A stretch of 64,000 nucleotides of DNA from Octopus bimaculoides (taxonomy: Eukaryota): NCBI RefSeq assembly GCF_001194135.2, contig NC_068982.1, forward strand, positions 7,534,755-7,598,754, read 5' to 3'. Of the stretch, positions 38,158 through 50,345 are shown one piece after another (position 1 is the first letter of the stretch; every line of letters begins with the position of its first letter). Made by a program: the position numbers and the translations under genes. The notes beneath the pieces were generated by a model, which had not been told where the DNA came from, searched no databases, and saw nothing but the letters and a program-made list of their open reading frames with translations.

Positions 38158-38521
38158 GGAGGCACAATGGCCCAGTGGTTAGGGCAGCGGACTCGCGTTC
38201 ATAAGATCCCAGACTGGGCGTTGTGAGTGTTTATTGAGTGTTTATTGAGCGAAAACACTTAAAGCTCCACGAGGCTCCGGCAGGGGGGGGGCGAACCCTG
38301 CTGTACTCTTTCACCACAACTTTCTCTCATTCTTTCTTCCTGTTTCTGTATTTCAAAGGTCAGCCTTGTCACACTCTGTGTCATGCTGAATCTCCCCGAG
38401 AACTACGTTAAGGGTACACGTGTATGTGGAGTGCTCAACCACTTGCACGTTAATTTCATGAGCAGGCTGTTCCGTTGATGGGATCAACTGGAACCCTCGA
38501 CGTCGTAAACGACGTAGTGCC
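38158..38521 (+). mobile_element. tRNA-derived SINE, family C; diverged 3' fragment also at about 44222-44345
   Basis: tRNA-like head ggaggcacaatggcccagtggttagggcagcggactcgc. Body gccttgtcacact...gtacacgtgt...ccacttgcacgttaat is shared with the 44.2-kb fragment. Confidence 0.85.
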
Positions 38522-39540
38522 GTAGTAATAGATAACCAAACGAAAAGAATGGGCGTTTGAACTTGAAGCGTTACTCGACGGACCAATCGATATATTTCTA
38601 CATTTTCTATTGTAACTGCCCTCTAGCGGTGGGGGATATACAAATAAATGTGAGTTTTAGGATGTTTTATTTATCTAAAAATTATAATTGTTGCATTGCT
38701 CATCAACACGTAATTGAACGTATTTTGACGACCTGCAGTTTTCAGTTTTCTCTACATTTATTTATACATGTTCCGTTAGTTTGCTAAATCTGTTTTTAGA
38801 TAATATTACATTGTTTTGCGGTTGATTTCCAAAATAAAGTAATACTAGTTGACGTCTTATTAAGATAATTTATCGCAGAATATTTCTTGCAAAAAATGAG
38901 AATATTGAACAAAAGCTAAAACTTATCCAACAAAATATATTTGCTCAAAAGTATCGAATTATCTCCTTGGATCTATCATTCATACAATTCGATTATTCTT
39001 TCAGAACAATTTACAGATAGTAATAATCTCTATTTGATTCCTCACGCGAAAAATACTTCTCCGATCCCAGCTTATAAAGTCCCGTTCATATAATTTTATA
39101 TAAGAGTAATCCCTTTTGAATCGTACGTTGTTTATCTTGTATTGTTGCTCCGTTGTTGTGTTGGAAACATACATATTCAGCTCATTATCCGGTTTTTTTT
39201 AATTTGGTTTTGCAATTATGTGTTTACAAATCAGTTTAGAAATTCTCCTGCTGGCCGATACACTGGACAATTTAATTATGTTGTAGACAATGGATAATAA
39301 CAAATGTGAGATCTTCATTCATACATGTGTGGGGGCGGAATTGTCTGTGTTGTGTGTATAATTGTAAGTATGTCTGACTATACGTGTGTATGAGCGTACA
39401 CATGGATGAGCATATGTGTGTGTGAGTGCGCGAGTGTCCGTGACAAAACTAAAGTACAAGTTACCTACACAACGGCAATGAAGTATCTACTTACATCTCA
39501 ACTTTGTTAATGGCTGAATTGTTTTATGAAGCAATCACAC

Positions 39541-39670
39541 AGCTGGTACTTATTTTATTGAGATCGTGAGGATACAAGGCAAAGTCGACCTCACCAGGAT
39601 TTGGACTCAGAATGTAAAGCCGGAAGAAATTTCGATAGGCTTTTGCCCGACGTGTTAACTACTCCACCGG
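39541..39670 (-). mobile_element. SINE family A, head and core fragment
   Basis: ctggtacttatttt...aaggcaaagtcgacctc...actcagaatgtaaag. Confidence 0.8.
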
Positions 39671-41242
39671 GTCCAAGAGTCAGCAGTGTACGTGAAAATC
39701 TTATATTTATCTTGCCTCGGTTTGGGTCCACTACACTGAGATGGAGTCGTAGACGCACTGTGGTAACATACGGTTGGTCTTAGGCATGACCTTCTGCAAA
39801 ACCCTCTTCACATCTGAACGCAGCCGATTTCTCTCTGAAAGTCAGGAAGACAGATAGAAATAAAAAATGAGTAAATGTGTTTTATTTATGGACGCCGAAA
39901 GAAGGAAAAACAACATCTAAAGACACACCACAGAGAGCCGGAAAAGTTTCCACAAAGCAATCTGTTTGACTCTATAACTGACTGTCTTAAAAATTATTTC
40001 ATCAACCCTGGAATTAAAAAACACAAAGTCGCCTCTCAATTGATTTGAACACAAAATGGAGAGTGATGTAGCTAAAACCGTGCGAAATCACTCTCGTATT
40101 TTCTTTCTACATTCTCTTGTCCTATATTACATTCAATAATAAATATTGAATCCTAATTTTAGCGAAATAGATTATTATCAATGTCATATATGTCATATAT
40201 CAAAATGGGTGAATTTCTACATTGACAATTTATATTCATATGTATTTTAGCTATCCCAATTTCTTTTAATGCTAAGATACTAAATGTTACACAATCAGCT
40301 CTCACTCTTTCGTTAGTTTATTTTATTATTTCTGGAAAACCGTCTGTTTTAAGAGCGTTGAGAATGGTTGTAGTAACTTTTATGCAGTTATCTTAGAGCA
40401 TCGGCGGCTCAAATTAAGGATAATGGTTGCAGTTGGTAATTGAAGCGGTGTTGTGGTTTCAGCTTACCAGAATCATATCTTTCTTTCTATAGACAGTGCA
40501 CCAGCTCCAAACTAGGTGAAACGGTTTTACTGGCACATTCTTTGAAACAGCGTGTGCACATTAGATATTCTGCTTTTAAATGGCACTTCTCTTTCATAGG
40601 AAAATATTTATTGTACTTTTATAGAGCATCCGACATCTAAACATTAGCAATAAAAAAATGAAGACAAATAACAAGGATAACTAATGTGCTCACGCATATT
40701 TTATCAGTTATATCGATCAAAATAGGTATCCAAGTGACAGTAAACATAACTATGGCAGTATATTTTCCTGCTGTCTTTATAGTTTTTCAGTGGAAGGTAA
40801 ATGCTATGTATGAGGCTGTAACATCATTGCACACAAATCGATATATACGTATTCACGTATGATACATGTGCATATATGTGCACGCGTATGTTTATATGTG
40901 CATTTCTGCATGCTGTGGTGCTATTATGTTATCTATGAATAATGTTTTATTCCGAAGATATAGAAAAAAACATTTTCTTTCCGAATTAAGCATAATATTC
41001 TTGTTAGATGAATTATATTACTCGGATATAAAGTTACATGAGTTATAGAAGTTTACGAATATATAACCCTGAATATTGTTGAAATTTAAAGAAATTGTTC
41101 CCGGTCATCGGTGTGATGTTCAGGAACTTGAAATTCGATTAACTAGATGAGAGCTGCCGGCTCTCATAGCCATGTATGTTGTATGTATACACAAATGAAC
41201 ACAAACGCACACATACACACAGAAACACACACACACACAGAA

Positions 41243-41295
<53 letters not shown>

Positions 41296-42328
41296 GTTTT
41301 CTACACCACCTGTCTTCGTCTTTTGTTTTTTTTTGTGAATTCTCCTTATATATATATATATACATACATGTGCACATACATACATATGGGGGTGTTGTGG
41401 TAAATTTAGAAGAAATTACGAAAGCTTTACTACTGAGAGTAAAATATAAAATAGTAGAGTCTTCCCTTGCTTTTTATCCCTATGTAATAATTTTGTTGTC
41501 ATGAATTATTACATATTTTGAAAATACACTCTACATTTGTATATTGCTATACTACGGGGTGGGCACGCGCTGTATGCAACTTTGTATGAGCGGTTGGCAG
41601 CAAATCTCACCAGCAAAGAAAGGGGCGAGTAATAAGGTTTTCGAAAAGAAAATGACAACATAATTGCCTATGAAATTCAACGTACAAAATGTGTACTTCA
41701 TTTTTCTTGGTAAGACAGACCGACCAGGATCGCACAAGCATAAAATGAACCTGCTTGCAGTAGAGAATCTTGGCCAGTGGTTCTCGCATATTTTCTTTTC
41801 TTGTGGATCCCTTGATTTCTGTTTCGCTGGAAAGGACTCTCATAAACATTTGAAGTTTAAAAGAGATCCTATTATATTTTTATCGATAAATATTATTAGG
41901 TATTGCATTAAAAAATGGTTAAAGTAGTTTTGTGTATTGTAGAAGCATAACCAATTTACCGCACATAAATTTCAACCCCAGGGTCATATGGACGCTAGTT
42001 GTGGATCGCTGACTGATCTAGGCGAAAGACACCGGTGACCAAGCTAGATTTCATACGGCTGGGGTATTTCATTTGCAAGTATTTCTAAAACTCTATGATT
42101 CCAGCAAGTGTAGGAATCAGTACAGACACTACAGAATTGTGTTTATAATGACCACCACCACGTTATTTCATTACAACTACTTCTGGATTGTGTTATGACG
42201 GTCAATATTTTGTTTTCATTATAACCCCGTGATACACCTGTGCTTCAACACAACAATCACTATTACAGAATAAAAAAACTCTTTTTTTCTTTAAAAACCA
42301 AATGCTTGCCATGATATTACAAACATTA

Positions 42329-44443
42329 GGGGAAGCTTGGGATGGTTGAGTCATTTTTTACATTTCACTATGATACGGACTCTCTGTGCATAAGAAAGAA
42401 TTCTTTATCAACTTGTAGCATTCATAGACTTGTAACGTATATAAATGCCAGGCATATAGTTTCAAATGGGTGTAAACTAAAACAACGCGAGCATGCTTTT
42501 TAAAGGGTAGTGACTTAACCCAACCCTCCCAAGGGGTAGTGAGATTAGGGACATGTATAGGGGTGAGTTGGGACATAGGGTCCTTGGGATAAGTGATATT
42601 TTAATTGATTGTACGATAAGATGAAACACTTACATAACTGCATATAAATTTTATTTTGAAGCATTGAGAACTCTTTGTTCAACATTCGGATTAGCAGTTT
42701 CGGTGGAAGTTGTTGGTTCCTGTGAAATGTTGGGTGACTCAGACATTGAATAAGAAACTGGTGTTTCTTTAAAACTTGATTGGAAAACATCTGCTTGGTA
42801 TTCATAAGATGATATTGGAATATCTCGATCTATTACTACTGCAGGCGCAAACTCTGTCTCGCAGAACATATCTTGGTTAAAGGGATAAATTCCCGTTCGT
42901 TGAAATCCAGAGATAATATTTTGAGCAGTATGACCATGTATCTGAGTATGTGAAACAAACTCAGGAATGTCATATATTGTAATCGATTTTCCGGGGTAGG
43001 AACGCAACCAGTCATCAACCGCTCGACTATATGCCGTCTTGAATGGCTTATGGCAGCTCACATCCAATGGTTGGAGCTTGTGGCTCGTGTGAGGTGGGAT
43101 TGTTAATAATATCACCCCATTTTTTGTGTCCAAGTCAATAACTACTAGAAACACATGAGTTTCGGGATTGTCCAAAATTAACAACACCTCTTTGTTGCAC
43201 CTGGTGTAAGCTACAAAGTGTTTTAAATAAGTCACAAACAAATCTTCATTACTCCCTTCACTGGAATTGGCTCCTCCGATACATCCTGTAGAGTCACCTT
43301 TGATAAAATAATCCCTATAGTTTTTTCATGGGAAGATCAGTAATGGTGGAACAACACTTCATGCTGCATTAGCAGAATACACAACTGTTACAAGTCCTCC
43401 TTTCTCACCGGAAGTTATAGATCCTACTTATTTCACTCCGTGTGCAGCAACAACATTTTCAGGTTGCTGCACAGTTGTGCACCCGGTTTCATCTGCGTAA
43501 TAAATGTTATGGCATTCAAACTTGTGCAGATCCATAACACTCTTTAAGTTGTCGTAAAACTTGCTAACGTTTTAGCGATTGAACACACTTGCTCTAGCAA
43601 GAGATGTAGCCTCTGGTGTTTGAATTGCTAGATGGTATCTTTCTTTAAAGGATTTTCAAACATGCTCGCCAGTCATTCCGTTTTGTTGCCAAGACTCGGA
43701 GACCATAACAGTATTTCTTAATGCATATTCCACTATCAACTCACGCCATTTATTTCTTGTGAGTCCGTGGAACTGCTCGACTAATGCGTTTATGTGAGTC
43801 GATAACTCATCTTCCATCTCTGATAAAAATGTCGTATTTTTTATCCAGCAATTTTTATACCCAAACACTTCGTTTCGCTGGTCATTTTGTCGATTGCATT
43901 TGTCTATATATCTTTTAAAGTGTCATTCTTGCTATATTGAAATCTTTAGCACAGATACTGCATCCTTCCTTGACGCAATCTCTGGCCCTACTTAAATCGT
44001 CCTCTGCAGCCCCACGATTGATTGTCCGGACATAATTCCGAGGCGTCTGAAAAAGTCAATACATGCGCAAATTTTAGCCAGTATAAGGTCAGGTAGATCA
44101 AAATTTAATCCTTTACATTGAATTGAAGCCCTATACAGTTTAGCTTCAAGGCACTTAAACTCGAAAGCAAACACAATTCATTAACAGCTACCAGAGGTTT
44201 TGCTGTTTATCAATTTAAAGGTTTAGCCATGTCACACTGTAACGCTGATTCATGAGAATTACGTTCTGGATACACGTGTCTGTAGAATGGCCGGCCACTT
44301 ACACGTTAATCAGCTGATCGAACAAACTGAAAGGTCGAAACTGGCTGATATAGATACATATAGATGCACAATCACACACACACAAACACACACACATTAT
44401 ATGATACATACACATACACACATACATATGTATGTATGTATGT

Positions 44444-44510
<67 letters not shown>

Positions 44511-44821
44511 TCCCATCATTCACTAACACCTTTCAAACAGTTATCAGCGTCAACTTCTCCGTATAAACTGAGTTGCTTAAAAGACTAAATAATTGATATA
44601 CTGAAATTCATGCGTTGCCGAAAAGCCCCTTGGAAGTAAAAATTACTCAGGTTATAAATCAAAACCAGACCACAGCTTCTTCTTAACGTAAGCTTAACTC
44701 TGTCCAAAGGATCCTGTATTCCTTCCAAATTAGATATATTGTTTTTTCACTATGCATTAATGTTGGAACACTGCTCAACTCTCCCATACATAGCTGTCCG
44801 AACTCTCCCCCATTCCCTTCC
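42329..44821 (-). mobile_element. pogo/Fot1-like DDE transposon remnant; transposase at about 42600-44040
   Basis: VLLILDNPETH...LTIPPHTSHKLQPLDV...SGFQRTGIYPFN (42651-43241) and CENP-B-like HTH fragment ELSTHINALVEQFHGLT...SW (43656-43868). G-rich terminal/subterminal motifs near 42329 and 42560 (ggggtgagttgggaca) and an inverted counterpart at 44795-44821. The ends are less certain than the transposase. Confidence 0.8.
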
Positions 44822-45257
44822 ATCTGAACTTCATGCATCATTCTAACTTTAACGTTAGTCACATGGTTTTTCTTAACGATCGCATTGATAGAGAAACGAT
44901 ATAGGTATATGTCAAAATACATTCAATCAGAATGCTGCATACTACTACAGAAATATGAGCATGCTTACGTTTTGATATAAAAAATTGGGGTTTCTTTTCG
45001 AAAAATAACTGTTTAAACAGCTTATACCTGTTAAATGTATTAGATCTAAAGAAACATTTCTAAAAATGCTTCGAATAGCTGGCAGTAATTACGTTTTATA
45101 ATTTATAGATTTAAGAAAAATTGTTGTAGCTCAGCTCTCACAAGTTTACACACATGCTCAACCATCTTCCCACCCTATCCCACCTTACCCACACACTAAC
45201 ACACGTCTGTAGCGTAGACATCCACGCACTCATACATCTGGTATACCTACCAGTTAC

Positions 45258-45385
45258 CTGTCCAGCCAGGTAGTTGAAGAAATTTTCCTTCTTAATGCAT
45301 CTGGTGTCGCTCGAATATTGGTCTCACTTCTAACAACACCATGTGACTCGCCTTGACCAATAGCATCGGAGTTACTGGTGGCCAT
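45258..45385 (-). CDS. Candidate first coding exon of an unidentified gene: MATSNSDAIGQGESHGVVRSETNIRATPDALRRKISSTTWLD(R)
   Basis: aaaATGG start context, upstream in-frame TAA, 42 open codons plus 2 nt ending at CAG|GTAACT, GC content above background. No homology recognised. Confidence 0.5.
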
Positions 45386-45740
45386 TTTCGACTTCCTGCA
45401 GCTTCCAATCCGTTAATTAAGCCCGACGAACTTGATTTTCGTAAGAAGCCAACGAATCTTTAAGTCGCATGTATGTATGTATTCATACTTACACAAAGTT
45501 ATGAATAATTGAAGAACAAAAAACGTCAGGCAGAAAACGAAAGAATATATAGTTTGCCCTCATCAGCAATCATGCTACGGATTTTGTTTGGTTTGTCTCC
45601 TTGTAATTGAACCGTCACCTCATTGTCGTTAACAACAAGCTATGCAATAGTTAGGTAATTGATACAAGCTCAGGCAATACCTATAAACAGGCAAAGCATA
45701 GTGATTGGGACGGAAGTGATGGAGGACATAGCGGAAGTGG
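45381..45740. promoter_or_regulatory. Candidate housekeeping-type promoter
   Basis: CGGAAGTG (ETS) at 45711-45718 and 45732-45739, ACTTCCTG at 45391-45398, ATTGG (CCAAT) at 45704-45708, and YY1-like GCCATTTT over the ATG. Confidence 0.45.
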
Positions 45741-48700
45741 GTTTAAGAGTATTGACTGGCGCAATAATAAGAAGGACGGTTATATTAACTATAACAACCG
45801 CAGTATGAACCTCAGTGCTATCTTTCATTCAAGGGGCATATCCTCTTTTTAAAAGCCATACACCGTTTAGAAATCTTATGATGTTTGACAAAATTTGAGG
45901 TTTCGTACACTCAAAGTTAAATTCTTTGGCAATAGCTCTTATTTGTAGTCTAGGTTTCTCTGGCTGAAATTTTTAACTGATGTTTTGTATAGAAACATTA
46001 AAAATGTTTTTTCAGTTACAAGTTTTGAAATACTTCCATATCTATACGGAGTGTGTATATTGAGAGAATTACCTCCCTCGATATTTCATACCATATGGGC
46101 TATGTAGCTCCTCGCCAAGAAAGATTCTTTATATGGTATACTACACACACACGCCCAAGCAAAAAATTTAATTAGGAAGAGTACCCCCTTCTCCGGAAAA
46201 TATCACTGTACTCTCCCCTAACCCTCAACCTTACCATAAAGGTATCAATTGAACTTCCCTTTTTTGAAATTCCCAGAAGGCCAGCCTTGTGTGTTTTGAT
46301 CAATGAATTATGGAGTACCAATTTTAATCAAAAAGATGAGCAAAAAAGGAATTTCAATTGAATACTACTTTTGGTAGTATTTCGTAATACTAACTATTAG
46401 TAGTCCTTAAAATCTTGTAATTGAAAAAACACTTTTAAGGGAACTTTTAAAAAAGTTTTTATTTTTTGCTAACAGTTAGCCATTAAATTTATTATCCGTG
46501 TTAATTTTTTTAATTTAGTGTAGATAATAAAAGCTATTATTTTTAGCCTTTAAATCTAAGTATGTTTTTGAATTTTAACTATAGCCGCAATATTTTAAGC
46601 ATAAACATGTTTGACCTGTACTTTTTCTGTTGTGATAATTTGTCCTGTACTTTTCCGGGTTTAATAACTTAGGAATTCTAACCTGCACATGTCCGTATTT
46701 TTTATTGTAACAAATATTTATATTAATAGGCCCAATTTACACAGAACACAATCCACCAACATTATTATGAATCGCCGAGCCCCCCAGAAACAGCTGTAAG
46801 ACTTATAACACTTTCATTTTCACACCTTTAATTTTTTCTGTCGTTTGTAGTCTGTATAAGTTGAACCTATTAATATAAATATTTATAAATCTATACTTAA
46901 AAATTCATCATCTGAAAGTTTCTACCTTTTACTTTCTCTCGTTTGGCATGTATACATATATTCATATTTTGCATTTGATGTATTTAGTATATTGAAAAAT
47001 ATTTGTTGTGTCTAATTTGTTTATCCGTATAATTGCCTCTATATCCGTTCAACCTGGTCTCTCTTATAGTCTTTCTTTACTTTGTGGAATGATTTCCTGT
47101 AGAGGGGAATATATAGAAAATACTTACTAACGCTATTTCACCAAGGACCAAGTGAGCAGGACAAAGAGTGGCAATGAGGGGAACGCAAGTGAGCAGACGA
47201 TAATTGAAATAAACAGATAGAACTCTGAGATTTAATGTACAAAATATATATACATAGAAAAAGAGAAAAGATACTCAAAATAGCCAAATATATATATATA
47301 TATATATATATATANNNNNNNNNNNNNNNNNNNNNNNNNNNNNNNNNNNNNNNNNNNNNNNNNNNNNNNNNNNNNNNNNNNNNNNNNNNNNNNNNNNNNN
47401 NNNNNNNNNNNNNNNNNNNNNNNNNNNNNNNNNNNNNNNNNNNNNNNNNNNNNNNNNNNNNNNNNNNNNNNNNNNNNNNNNNNNNNNNNNNNNNNNNNNN
47501 NNNNNNNNNNNNNNNNNNNNNNNNNNNNNNNNNNNNNNNNNNNNNNNNNNNNNNNNNNNNNNNNNNNNNNNNNNNNNNNNNNNNNNNNNNNNNNNNNNNN
47601 NNNNNNNNNNNNNNNNNNNNNNNNNNNNNNNNNNNNNNNNNNNNNNNNNNNNNNNNNNNNNNNNNNNNNNNNNNNNNNNNNNNNNNNNNNNNNNNNNNNN
47701 NNNNNNNNNNNNNNNNNNNNNNNNNNNNNNNNNNNNNNNNNNNNNNNNNNNNNNNNNNNNNNNNNNNNNNNNNNNNNNNNNNNNNNNNNNNNNNNNNNNN
47801 NNNNNNNNNNNNNNNNNNNNNNNNNNNNNNNNNNNNNNNNNNNNNNNNNNNNNNNNNNNNTATGTATATTTGATTGTTTATCATCTAAAAATTTTGAGTT
47901 TGCATCCTATTTTTACATGTATATATGTATATATATTTTGTGCATTAAAACCAAGATTTCATTGTCTTTCTCTCTCTCTCTCTCTCTCTGTATATATATA
48001 TATATATATATATATGAAAACCTTTAAACGTTGACAATGATAGATGCTAAAATTAGTAGCTTGTCTCAACCTTTTAGAATTATGAATATTTAATCTCAGT
48101 AGTTAAAAAAAATCAACCAATTAATTAGGCTAGAAAATAAACACAATTTTGTAAGCTATAAGGTTTATACACTACTATCTATAATTGCGGCCTATTAGAC
48201 CACGTTCAATTAGTTTACTCATAAAAACATCTCTTTAAATATAAAACAGTTTGTTTTTACTATTTTTGCTTAAATGCTATTTTGTACTTATAAGAATAAC
48301 AGATGTTTTGTGAAAGATATTAACGTTGCAGACAATAAATCGTAAATGCTGAAAACTTTAGATGTTAAAACAATTTTCTGAATCGTTATACTGCATCAGC
48401 AGTAACATTAATCGCTTCATCGTAATAGAATTGGACAACGTAATTTTATTTTAAATAGCGTCAAGATATTTCAGAAATATTCTCAATTTAAGCAGCCTAA
48501 ATATAGATACATAATTTAAAAGAGAAATAAAATGAAAGGAAATTATAAAACAAACTTTCCTTTTTATATCTAACTTATCCGTTCGAGGGAACTAACTTGA
48601 AGATACAATAGAACAGCCAATGCGATAAATAATAATAATTATTATTATTATTAGGTTGTTTGGTTTTTAAAATTCCAAAGAAGACTTACACCACACCATA

Positions 48701-48838
48701 TTCCGCTTTATATTTTAGACTTTCGGGTAGGTCACAATAATCATATAATAAATCGAATCCTTTCCAGTACACTGCGCTTTACTCTATCATTGTTATTGAG
48801 TTTGTATGTTAGTGTACCTGCGTGCCAGCCTGTACGTT

Positions 48839-49066
<228 letters not shown>

Positions 49067-49878
49067 CGTATTTTCAGATTATACACACATACACACATGT
49101 ATGTTTGTCGTTTTTCAGTTTTATTTCAAGATTTCTTGCCAATAGCGAAACAGCCGGTTTCTAACCTAGATCAACGGTTTCTTCAGTGGAATTGCAACAA
49201 AATCAACAAGGTATGTATGTACGTATGTTTGTATGTATGTATTCCGATGGATATAGTTGCATATCTAGACACACTCATATATATTTAAATGATAAACTTC
49301 TAGAAAGTTTTACAGGTTTTTACATGTCCAGTGATGGATTGGATCTGTAGTCTCCGAATTATCTTTCTCCTATCTGGTTTTGTGAAACCTAATTTCTCAA
49401 GATTGGTATTTAATCAATGGTATTTAGGCATGTCTTCTCTCTCTCTCTTTTACTATTTTAAAATACTGTATACCTTGAATTACGAATTGATGTGGATAAA
49501 TGAAGGTAAATACATTTTAAAGTTTGTACATGTTTTCACAAAACATGGAATATATAGCTGAAGATCGTAGTATGTACTTATTTAAATTAAATTAAGCTTT
49601 TAAAATTGATTTATTAAGTTTGTACATTGAACGTGAAACTAGTTTTGTATTGACCACGCTGACTTTGAAATAGACTTCATTCATCTCGCTCGCCTTACGT
49701 CATTTTCGTATCAAGGAGAAATGCCCGTTTTATTTTAAAACAACGGCCATCAACACATATTGAGTTTTTTTAACTTCTCTTCTCCCTCGCTCTATATATT
49801 TAGATATATATATATATGCATCTGTATGTTCGTTATTTTTTATTTTAAACCTTATTTTCCTTCAACAGCTTTAAGTAA

Positions 49879-50345
49879 TCAGTCAATGATATATTCTCCT
49901 TCATTGTTCATAACTTTTTGTCAACGTTTCACTATCCTGTAAACACCTTGATGGCAGAAATCACGGTATTTGGGCTCGAAGAATTTATCGGGTCACATTT
50001 TCAGCTCCACGTTTTTTGTTGAACAAATCGTCTCGATAAGTGTTGGAAAAAGGCAGTAATCTGAAAATATGGTAATAATATGAAAATATGGCGGGTTTGG
50101 TTAAACTTCCCAGTCGAGCTTTTGAATAGCTTTTTGGATCAAATTAACGACGTTGGAGCGAGTCATGTCGCGTTCGTGTCACTGGTCGGCCGATTCCGTT
50201 GGTTTGTCCATCAAGTGAAGCTGACGGGCGATGGTATCACGAGAGCATCCTGTCTGTTGCGCCAATTCCCGAGAAGATTGGCATTAATACTCGTAAATGC
50301 GCTCGTTCAGTCGGTCCTCATTAATCTATGCACATGAACATCACA
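49879..50345 (-). mobile_element. Internally deleted mariner transposase remnant
   Basis: NEDRLNERIYE...SRELAQQTGCSRDTIARQL joined to IQKAIQKLDWEV..PPY and KVMNNEGEYIID*. Confidence 0.8.

Noticed and set aside
40467-40636. Minus-strand segment with a plausible acceptor (tttag) and donor (CTG|GTAAGC)
   Set aside because: All three frames contain stops, so it is not a coding exon. A non-coding exon cannot be excluded.
41148-41170. 8-bp hairpin atgagagc/gctctcat next to CTAG, a possible Helitron 3' end
   Set aside because: It lacks the usual spacer of about 10 nt before CTRR, and no matching 5' TC end was identified.
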